From contig CALVMY010000099.1 in NCBI GenBank assembly GCA_944349405.1, forward strand, positions 1 through 49,193: DNA of 49,193 nucleotides, written 5' to 3'. The translations under genes were made by a program, and so were the position numbers. This document shows positions 14,304-22,900 of this stretch, one piece after another; the first letter of the stretch is position 1, and every line of letters starts with the position of its first letter. The notes beneath the pieces were generated by a model. The model was not told where the DNA came from. It was given only the letters and a program-made list of their open reading frames with translations, and did no database searches. The DNA is from an uncultured Bacilli bacterium (lineage in GTDB: Bacteria; Bacillota_I; Bacilli_A; RFN20; CAG-826).

Positions 14304-16574
14304 TTAATTCTTTTTTATAAATAAAGTTAAGGCATTCATACAAACAGTTACACTACTTAAAGCCATTAACATTGAGCAATACATTGGTTCTAAAACAAAA
14401 CCTAATATCGCAAACACCCCAGCTGCGACCGGAATAAAAATGACGTTATATATAAATGCCCGGAAAAGATTAAATGAAATATTATTTCTGATTCTTTTTG
14501 AGATATTTAAAATTTTAAAAATATCAGTCAAAGATGATCTCATCAAAATAAATTCGGCACTAGCTAAAGCAATATCACTTCCTTTTGCAACTGCTACACC
14601 TACATCACTTCTAGTTAACGCAATTGAATCATTTACACCATCTCCAACCATCATTACTTTATAGCCTTCATTTTGAAGTTTGATAATTTCCTTATCTTTT
14701 TCGGTTGGTTTAACTTCACTTATAACTTCATCAATTCCAACTTCTTTAGCAATATAAGAAGCAATATTTTTATTATCACCAGTTAAAAGAACAATCTTTT
14801 TAAATCTTGTTTTGGCTTCTTTAATAAACTCTTTACTTTCTTTTTTTAGTTTATCTTTTAAATAATAAAAACCATAAATATCGCCATTTTTATTATAAAC
14901 ACAAATTGGTATTTCTCCTTTAAATGATCGCTTATCAACTTCTTTTAATATCTCTTCATTTAAAGAGACGATATCTTTAGCATAATTTAAATTAGTTATA
15001 TAAATAACTTCGTCTTTAAAAGTAGCTTTAATTCCGGCTCCTGGAAGAGTTTCATTCATCATAAAACTAGAATTTAAAGAAGTAACTTCACTTTTTAATC
15101 TTAAAGTAATAGCTTTAGCAATCGGATGTTCACTATAAGACTCCATTGTATAAATTTTAGATTTTAAATCTTCATCTAAATCTTTAATAAATCTTTCATA
15201 AGATACAGTTAATTCACCCTCAGTAATAGTATTTGTTTTATCTAAAACTAAACAATCAATATCTTTAACTTTTTCAATTCCATCACTTTTTTGAACTAAA
15301 ACATAATTTTTACTAAAAACTGATGAGCCAACGAGTAATGAAATTGGAGTAGCAAGACCTAAAGCACAAGGACAAGAAATAACTAAAACCCCTACTCCAA
15401 AAGTAAATGCTTCATCAAATCCGTTTAAAAAGTGAGATGAAGTAATAATAACTCCGTTTTCATTACCGATTGTATATCCTAAAATTAACCAAATAATAAA
15501 TACTAAAGTGGCTATAGCCATTACAGATGGAACAAATATTTTGGCAACCTTATCAACCTTTTGAGTTAATGGAGTTTTCATATTACTAGCTTCACTAACT
15601 AAAGAGGCAATTTTATTTAAAACGTTATCTTTTTTGTTTTTATTAACTAATATTTTTAAAGGAGCTTCTTTATTTACACTACCTCCAACAACATTATCAT
15701 CTTCTTTTTTAAATATAGGCAAAGATTCTCCACTTATAATTGATTCATCAACGCTACTTTTCCCACTTAAAACAATTCCATCACAAGGAATAGTTTCACC
15801 TGGTTTAACAACTAAAATATCATTTAATTTAACTAATTTAGTAGGTGTATCAACAATTTCATTATTAATTAATACATGGGCTGTTTTAGGTCTTAAAGCT
15901 AAAAGTGCTCGAATAGTTGATTTAGCTTTATTTTTAGATAAATCTTCAATATATTTTCCTAATGAAACAACAACTAAAACCATGGCCGCACTATCTAAAT
16001 ATAAATGGAAATGCTCAAAAGAATACATCGAAGGATGAACAATAACATTAATTGTTAAATAAATAGAATAAACAAAAGAAAAGAAACTACCTAAAAATAC
16101 GAGAGAATCCATATTAAAAGATAGTTTTATAATCGATAAAAATCCGTTTTTATAATATTCAAAAAACATTATAACTATAATGATTGTAATAACATATTGA
16201 ACAACATTTGAAATAATAAAAGGGCTCTCTTTAACAATATCTGGAAAAATAGAAGAATACATTCCTCCCATTCCAAAAAACAATAATGGGACTAAAAGAA
16301 TAAAACCGATAATAATTTTAATTAATTTTTTGTAATCTTTTTTATTTTCATAGATTGATTCTTCATCAAAATCATCGCTTAATTCGTAACCAGCATCATG
16401 AACCGCTTTAAAAATTTTAGAAGTATCAACTTTATCATCAAAAACAATTTTTGCACTATTAGTCATTAAATTAACTTCGCAAGATTTAACACCTTCAACT
16501 TTTTTTGCAGCATTTTCAACATTTATTTTACAAGCTGCACAGTGCATATTTTTAACGCTATATTCTTTTTCCAT
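14304..16574 (-). CDS. copA: Copper-translocating P1B-type ATPase
   Basis: N-terminal HMA domain (MHCAACKINVE), TM6 CPC motif (SCPCALGLATP), SEHP, TGDN and GDGVNDS. The phosphorylation motif reads DKTNT instead of DKTGT. Confidence 0.85.
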   Translation of the reverse strand: MEKEYSVKNMHCAACKINVENAAKKVEGVKSCEVNLMTNSAKIVFDDKVDTSKIFKAVHDAGYELSDDFDEESIYENKKDYKKLIKIIIGFILLVPLLFFGMGGMYSSIFPDIVKESPFIISNVVQYVITIIIVIMFFEYYKNGFLSIIKLSFNMDSLVFLGSFFSFVYSIYLTINVIVHPSMYSFEHFHLYLDSAAMVLVVVSLGKYIEDLSKNKAKSTIRALLALRPKTAHVLINNEIVDTPTKLVKLNDILVVKPGETIPCDGIVLSGKSSVDESIISGESLPIFKKEDDNVVGGSVNKEAPLKILVNKNKKDNVLNKIASLVSEASNMKTPLTQKVDKVAKIFVPSVMAIATLVFIIWLILGYTIGNENGVIITSSHFLNGFDEAFTFGVGVLVISCPCALGLATPISLLVGSSVFSKNYVLVQKSDGIEKVKDIDCLVLDKTNTITEGELTVSYERFIKDLDEDLKSKIYTMESYSEHPIAKAITLRLKSEVTSLNSSFMMNETLPGAGIKATFKDEVIYITNLNYAKDIVSLNEEILKEVDKRSFKGEIPICVYNKNGDIYGFYYLKDKLKKESKEFIKEAKTRFKKIVLLTGDNKNIASYIAKEVGIDEVISEVKPTEKDKEIIKLQNEGYKVMMVGDGVNDSIALTRSDVGVAVAKGSDIALASAEFILMRSSLTDIFKILNISKRIRNNISFNLFRAFIYNVIFIPVAAGVFAILGFVLEPMYCSMLMALSSVTVCMNALTLFIKKN

Positions 16575-16600
16575 ATTTTTCTTTTTTTAAGAAAATAATA

Positions 16601-17152
16601 TTAATTTGATGAATTTTTATTATTTGAGGCGATAATTTTTAATCGATGATAAACATCAAGCATTCGATCTAATTTTGAAGTATCTGTTAAATCAATCGGG
16701 GTAGTTAATCTTCCTTCGATTTGTTCAAGAGGAATATTTTGCTTTTTTGCAGCTTCTTTTAGCCCAATTTTCATCATTTTTTGCATAAATTTATTCATTT
16801 TTGAATAATCCATTCCTCCAGGAAGAAGATAAAATCTAACGTGATAATAATTTAATCCATTAATTGTGATTACATTTTCTTTTTTATCATCCGTAATTGG
16901 TTCAATTCCTGTACAAAAAACAAAAATATTTTTCTCTTGAAACTTATCGTAATGTTTAAAAAATTTATCTAATCCAACAATCTTATTATTTCTTAAAGGC
17001 CCTCCATAAAAAATATATTCGACGTCTTTTGTCATTTTAGCCTTAAATTTACCAATTTCTACTACTTCACTTTCTGGAATTCTTCGATTTAAAGAATCAA
17101 CATATTTTTTAGTAAATCCAGTATTTGATTTATAAACAATTAAACTATCCAT
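16601..17152 (-). CDS. Flavodoxin-like protein
   Basis: 183 aa. The N-terminus LIVYKSNTGFTKKY matches the flavodoxin FMN-phosphate loop (T/S-x-T-G-x-T). It sits 26 nt upstream of copA on the same strand. Confidence 0.55.
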   Translation of the reverse strand: MDSLIVYKSNTGFTKKYVDSLNRRIPESEVVEIGKFKAKMTKDVEYIFYGGPLRNNKIVGLDKFFKHYDKFQEKNIFVFCTGIEPITDDKKENVITINGLNYYHVRFYLLPGGMDYSKMNKFMQKMMKIGLKEAAKKQNIPLEQIEGRLTTPIDLTDTSKLDRMLDVYHRLKIIASNNKNSSN

Positions 17153-17272
17153 ACAGAAAATATTATAACTAAAAAATAATGAAAAGTTAGATAAATAGAT
17201 TAATTAGCAATGGCTAACATAATTAACTTTAATTTATTTAAGAAAAATTTTCAAATGTCATGCTTTTATCTA

Positions 17273-17302
17273 TTGACAGTTGAATAGTTGTTCAACTATT
17301 AT
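17273..17302 (+). promoter_or_regulatory. Sigma-70-type promoter with an embedded ArsR/SmtB-type operator
   Basis: -35 TTGACA (17273-17278), 18-nt spacer, -10 TATTAT (17297-17302). The spacer is the inverted repeat GTTGAA-N6-TTCAAC (17279-17296), overlapping AATAGTTG-TT-CAACTATT. RBS GGAGGA at 17315-17320. Confidence 0.5.
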
Positions 17303-17326
17303 ATGTATAGTGATGGAGGATTTTAA

Positions 17327-17656
17327 ATGGAAAATAAAGAAATTAAAACAAATCAACCTACAAGAAAAATTAAAGATGAAGAAATTTATGATCTTTCTGA
17401 TTTTTTTAAAGTCTTAGGTGATTCAACTAGATTAAAGATCCTCTGGGCTTTAGATAGGAACGAGATGACCGTTACCGATTTATGTTCCTTGCTTGGTATG
17501 ACAAAAAGCGCTATCTCACACCAATTAAAGGTATTAAAAGATAATAAATTAGTAAATTATCGCAAAGTTGGCAAAAATGTAATTTATGAACTTGATGATT
17601 TACACATCTCAACAATTATCGAAACAGCACAAATTCACTTAAAAGAAGGGAGATAG
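17327..17656 (+). CDS. ArsR/SmtB-family metalloregulator
   Basis: 109 aa with a winged HTH (LGDSTRLKILWAL...MTKSAISHQLKVLKDNKLV) and a C-terminal D-x-H-x10-H-x2-E pattern (DLHISTIIETAQIHLKE). Confidence 0.85.
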   Translation: MENKEIKTNQPTRKIKDEEIYDLSDFFKVLGDSTRLKILWALDRNEMTVTDLCSLLGMTKSAISHQLKVLKDNKLVNYRKVGKNVIYELDDLHISTIIETAQIHLKEGR

Positions 17657-17659
17657 TTT

Positions 17660-17872
17660 ATGGAAAGAATCTATGTTGTTAAAGGTTTAGACTGTGCTAA
17701 TTGCGCAAGAGAATTTGAAGAAAAAGTATCAAAAATTTCGGGAGTTACAAAGGCAACTTTGAACTTTATGGCTGAAAAATTAATCGTTAATTTAGAAAAC
17801 GATGTAGAAAACGAAATTTTAAAACTTGCTGAAAATTTTGAAGATGGTTTAAAACTTAAAAGAATTAAATAA
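17660..17872 (+). CDS. Stand-alone heavy-metal-associated (HMA) domain protein
   Basis: 70 aa with GLDCANCAREFEEKV, the CxxC motif in the CadA-type CANC form. RBS GAAGGGAG lies upstream. Confidence 0.8.
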   Translation: MERIYVVKGLDCANCAREFEEKVSKISGVTKATLNFMAEKLIVNLENDVENEILKLAENFEDGLKLKRIK

Positions 17873-17899
17873 TCTTTAAATTTCGTGGGGGATAAATAT

Positions 17900-19813
17900 A
17901 TGTCTAAAAAAGAAAAATATGATATTTTTGCGATAATTTTCGGAGTTGTCGTAACTATACCAATGCTTATATTAACATTTACTATTGCTGAAGATAAGTT
18001 AGGGCCAAGCGATGTAAAAACACTTATTATTTTACCTCTTTCTTTACTTGCTTATTTATTGCTTATTTATGATTTTTTAGTTAAAACCTTTAAAAATTTT
18101 AAGAAAAAAAGATTTTTTGATGAAATTACTTTAACTTTAATTGCTTCACTTGTTGCATTTATCGTTGGAGAATATGTCGAAGGTTTAGCTGTTGTTGTCT
18201 TTTTCCAAATAGGTGAAAAATTCGAAGATTATGCTGTTAATAAATCTAGAAAATCTATTAAAGAGGTTTTGGATATCCGTTCAGATAAAGCTACTTTATA
18301 TTTAGAAAATGGCATAGAAAAAATCGTTGATCCTTACGACGTTAATGTAAATGATTTAATCATTGTAAAAAGTGGCGAAAGAATTCCGCTTGATGGAGTA
18401 GTTTTTAAAGGCAACTCATTCTTAGATACTTCTTCTTTAACTGGTGAATCAGTTCCAAGAAGGGCTAAAGAAGGTGATACTGTTTTGAGCGGTGTTATCA
18501 ATAAAGGTTCACCTTTGATTATTAAAGTTACAAAACCTTTTTATGATTCAACTGTTTCAAAAATTATGGATATGGTTGAAAATGCAACCAATACTAAAAC
18601 TCAAAATGAAAAATTTATTACAAAATTTTCAAAATATTACACACCTATCGTATTAATTTTGGCTTTATTAATTGCAATAATTACTCCATTTTTTGGTGAT
18701 TATGCCTCTATTGATTCTTGGTCAAATTCATTCTTTAATGCCGCTTCACTTTTAGTCGTTTCTTGTCCATGTGCACTTGTTTTATCAGTTCCTATGGCTT
18801 ACTTTGTTGGAATTGGTGAAGCTAGCAAAATAAAAATGCTTATTAAAGGCAGTGTTTATTTAGAAGATTTAGCTAAATTAGACACCGTTATTTTAGATAA
18901 AACAGGTACGATAACAAAAGGTAATTTCGTTTTAACAGATATTATTCCAGTTGATGAAAGCGTTTCAAAAGATGAAATTTTAAAACTTGCTAGAATTGCT
19001 GAATATAACTCTTTACATCCAATCGCTTTATCAATTATTGGAAATAATAAAAATGATATTGATATAAGCGAATGGAAAAATGAAGAATCAATTGATGGAG
19101 AAGGTATAAAAGGCGAATATAAAGGGAAGATTTTACTTGCTGGAAATAGCAAATTACTCGATAGATTTAATATTCCTTATATTAAAAATGATGAAATCGG
19201 AACAATTGTTTATATCGCTTATAATAATAAATTCTTAGGATCAATGGTTATTAAAGATGAAATTAAGGAAGACAGTGAATTTGCTTTAAAAGAATTTAAG
19301 AAGTTAGGAATTAAAAATACGTTTATGTTAACCGGCGATAATCTTGAAACTGCTTCTTATGTCGCAAAAAAATGTAATATTGAAAATGTAAAAGCAAATC
19401 TTTTACCTTTAGATAAGGTCGATGAAGTTAAAAAGATAAAAGGTGATAAAAACAATAAAATGGTTGCTTTTGCTGGTGATGGAGTTAATGATGCTCCTTC
19501 AATGTCAATAGTTGATTTAGGAATTTCAATGGGTGGAATTGGAAGCGATGCAGCTATTGAAGCAAGTGATATTGTTATTATGGATGATAAGCTTTCAACC
19601 TTAACAAAAGGGAAAAGAATTGCAAAAAGAACATTAAATACAGTTTATATTAATATAGTCTTTGCAATATTAATTAAATTATTAGCTGTAATAATTGCTA
19701 CATTAAATATTATTCCTTCTTATATTATGTGGATTGCTATTTTTGCTGATGTAGGAGTTACATTCCTTTGTGTTTGTCATTCTTTGACCTTAATGATACA
19801 TAAAAAGAGATAA
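17900..19813 (+). CDS. cadA: Zn/Cd/Co-type P1B heavy-metal ATPase (CadA/ZntA-like) lacking a fused HMA domain
   Basis: CPC motif (SCPCALVLSVP), DKTGTIT, SLHP, TGDN and GDGVNDAP. I prefer ATG 17900 (RBS GGGGGA at 17887-17892) over the GTG at 17885 given in the ORF track. Confidence 0.85.
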   Translation: MSKKEKYDIFAIIFGVVVTIPMLILTFTIAEDKLGPSDVKTLIILPLSLLAYLLLIYDFLVKTFKNFKKKRFFDEITLTLIASLVAFIVGEYVEGLAVVVFFQIGEKFEDYAVNKSRKSIKEVLDIRSDKATLYLENGIEKIVDPYDVNVNDLIIVKSGERIPLDGVVFKGNSFLDTSSLTGESVPRRAKEGDTVLSGVINKGSPLIIKVTKPFYDSTVSKIMDMVENATNTKTQNEKFITKFSKYYTPIVLILALLIAIITPFFGDYASIDSWSNSFFNAASLLVVSCPCALVLSVPMAYFVGIGEASKIKMLIKGSVYLEDLAKLDTVILDKTGTITKGNFVLTDIIPVDESVSKDEILKLARIAEYNSLHPIALSIIGNNKNDIDISEWKNEESIDGEGIKGEYKGKILLAGNSKLLDRFNIPYIKNDEIGTIVYIAYNNKFLGSMVIKDEIKEDSEFALKEFKKLGIKNTFMLTGDNLETASYVAKKCNIENVKANLLPLDKVDEVKKIKGDKNNKMVAFAGDGVNDAPSMSIVDLGISMGGIGSDAAIEASDIVIMDDKLSTLTKGKRIAKRTLNTVYINIVFAILIKLLAVIIATLNIIPSYIMWIAIFADVGVTFLCVCHSLTLMIHKKR

Positions 19814-19855
19814 AAGTATTATACTAGACTATCTAGTATTCAAAACTAAAAAATT

Positions 19856-19884
19856 AAAAAAGTCCTTATTATTGGGCTTTTTTC
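19856..19884 (+). terminator. Rho-independent terminator after the P1B ATPase
   Basis: AAAAAAGTCC-TTATTATT-GGGCTTTTTT: a 6-bp stem with one G-U pair plus flanking A/T runs, followed by a T tract. Confidence 0.6.
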
Positions 19885-19886
19885 TT

Positions 19887-19915
19887 TTGACTTTAATATT
19901 TAAAGGGTTTATATT
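19887..19915 (+). promoter_or_regulatory. Sigma-70-type promoter for the 1537-aa ORF
   Basis: -35 TTGACT (19887-19892), 17-nt spacer, -10 TATATT (19910-19915), about 50 nt upstream of ATG 19965. Confidence 0.45.
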
Positions 19916-19964
19916 ATGTTGATGAAGATTGTAACGAAAAATTACTTTTTTAAGGTTAAAATAT

Positions 19965-22900
19965 ATGAAATTTAAAAGGACTAAACTATTATTTTGTTCA
20001 CTATTTATCGGATTAAGTGCTCTTTCTAGCTCTTTGAATATTAAAAACAATAATGAACATATATCAAATGACGAAACTTCAATTAAAGAAGAAATTTTTA
20101 GTGATGAAAAAGAAGAAAACGATTTAATTAAAGAAAAATTTTTATCAAATTTAAATTCAAATTCAATCTATGATTTTGATTCATCTTCTTATATTGCCTT
20201 AATTGATCCTAAAACTTATCAAAAAATAAATTTAGATATTAATTATGGAAATATAACTTTTTTAGATTCATCTTCTGTTTCATATAACATTTCTTTTTCT
20301 TATGTTGATAAAAATAATAAAAAGTCAGATTTATTATTAAATAATACTTCCTCTACTTTATCGACCATTAAAAATAAAGAAGAACTATATTATTTAAATC
20401 AAAAAGATGAATTAAAAACATTATTTAATTATGAAACTTTAACAAATAAAGATGATTCATCTTTAAAATCAATCTCTTTTAAAGATAATAATTTATCAAT
20501 CTCTAATCTTTTTAATGAAATATTTTCTACAATTAAAAATTCAACTATTTATAAAAATGATTTTTTAAATGAATATATCTTTAAAAATGATATTTACAAT
20601 ATAAATATTGATCAATCAACCTATAATTTAAAATCAATTTCAACAAATTCTTTATCAAAAAGTTTAAATTTTGAAATTGATTTTAAATTTATTAATAAAA
20701 ATAAAGAAAAAGCAACTTTTTCATCCTTAATTAATGAGGAAAATCCAGCAGATTTAATAACAACTCTAACTAAATTATTAAATAATTCTAATTTTAAAAC
20801 AGTTTTTGATTTTAAAATTGATCCAATAAAAGAAGATAATTCTTCTTCATCTATAAAAACTAAATCAAATTCTTTATTAGATAAATCTTATCATTTTAAA
20901 GGCGATATAAATGTTGATTATAAAAATCATGATTTATTAGATAATGGGAAAGTCGAATTAAATTTACTTCATTATACAAATAAAGATTTATCAAATGATT
21001 TATCTTTAAGATATCAAGATACTTCAATTTATTTTAGAAGTGGATCTTTAATTAAAGGTAAAATAAAAGAAGAGACAGTATTAAGTTTAGTTGATGTAGT
21101 TTCTTTAATTACTAATGACACATCTTTTACTAGATTAGTTAATAATCCATTAAATAATTTAATTAATAATGATACATTTTTAAAAATAACTAACGCTGAT
21201 TTATCTTCTTTTAATCTAGATAATCTAGATGAATATATTAAAGAGTTAAATATCAGAAATAATTTAATTACTTTAAAAGTAGATAGTGCTTTATTTAATT
21301 TGCCTTCTTTTATATTTACTTTAAAAGTTGGATTACAAAATTTAAAACTAAAAACGATTGAAATAAGTGATTTTAAAATAAATGACGAAGCTTTATTAAA
21401 TGGAAATATGAGATTTATTGAAAATTCATCATTTATTAATTTAAATGAAGAAGATTATCCTTCCTATGATTTTGCTCCTTCTTTAATCACTTCACTATAT
21501 AAATTAGTTGATGAAAAAAGATTAGGAGGAAGACTCTCTTTAAGTGTAAAAAATAAAATAAAAGAAAATACTTTTAATTTTGTTTCAAATATTGATGCTG
21601 ATTTATCTTCTTTAGATTTAAATGATCCTATATCTATAAAAAACTTAAATTTAGCTTTAATTAATCCAAGTTTTTCTAATACTTTTAATGGCAATAACAC
21701 TTTTGAGTTACCTATTAAAATAAATAAAATAAATATACAAAAAGATAGTCAAAATAAAAATGCTTTCTTTATTGATGGATCTATTGGAAAAAATGATTTT
21801 TTACCTTTAAAACTAAAATTTAATGATAATTTATTTAATAGTGAGAATGATTCATCTTCAACAATAAAAAATATATTAGAAAAATTAGGAGTAGATACTG
21901 ATAAATTAGTAAACTCTTTTGATTTATCTTCAATTATTAATAAAATTTCCTCCTATATTGATGAAGTTTTAATTAATCCGAGTTTAAAATCAGATTTAAA
22001 AAAGGTTATAAATGATTATTCTTTATCACATTTAGAAAATATTATATCTATTTTTAATGATGGAGATTTTTTAGAAATAAGAATAAACGTCGATTATTTA
22101 TTTAATGAAGATTTATCTATTAAGGGTGAAAATAATGAAATTTATAAAGACCAAATTTCATTATTTTATAATATAAATCGTAATAAATTTCAGGGATTAT
22201 ATTTAAATATTAATGATTCAGTCAATAATATCGAACTTTTATATAATTATGATTATTATAATTATTTAGAATTTATTGATAAAAATGAAGAAAATAATTA
22301 TTTAGATGTAAATGATATATTATCTAGTTTAAATCCATTTATTAATAATCCCCCTTCTTTTACTTTAAATAATATTTATGATGTAGATGTTAAAAATATC
22401 GATCCTAGTATCGATATTAATAATGTTAAATTAGGTATTAAAAAAGATGAAGAAACTAATGATATTTATAGTGAAGGAATGTTTAATATCAATATAGATA
22501 ATAATACTAATTTAGATTTTAAATTTATTTATGATGATAAAGAATTTAATGATGAATATTTTACTTTAGGATATAGTGATGGAAAGATTATTTATAATGA
22601 AGCCAACGAGGGAATAAAAATACCTGAAGGTCAACTTCAAGCGGAAATTAGGTTAAATAATATGAAAACTCCGCTTCATACAATTACTAAAACTTCTTCT
22701 CCTTTTAATGTTTTATCAGAATTTTTAAATATAAGCGATGAGAATGTTTTAGCTCCATTTAGAGATTCTTTTTCATCTATTTTGGATCAATTATTTACTC
22801 AAAATATTCCTTTATTTAATTTGATTTCAAATGGCGAATATTTAAAACTTTTAGATAAAGAAATATTCCCTTCATATAATCTTGATATTAAAGAAAATAG

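Noticed and set aside
14440-16038. Plus-strand ORFs 14440-14664 and 15634-16038 inside copA
   Set aside because: They are antisense shadows of a long conserved gene. Their translations are low complexity.
17885-17899. GTG at 17885 as the start of the P1B ATPase
   Set aside because: The GTGGGGGA sequence reads better as the Shine-Dalgarno for ATG 17900 (7-nt spacing). This shifts the start by 5 codons only.
18856-19152. 98-aa minus-strand ORF inside the P1B ATPase gene
   Set aside because: It is an antisense shadow ORF.
19829-20050. 73-aa minus-strand ORF overlapping the promoter and 5' end of the 1537-aa gene
   Set aside because: It covers a terminator, a promoter and the signal-peptide coding region of the opposite strand. 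It has no RBS or recognisable sequence.
21464-21700. 78-aa minus-strand ORF inside the 1537-aa gene
   Set aside because: It is an antisense shadow ORF.
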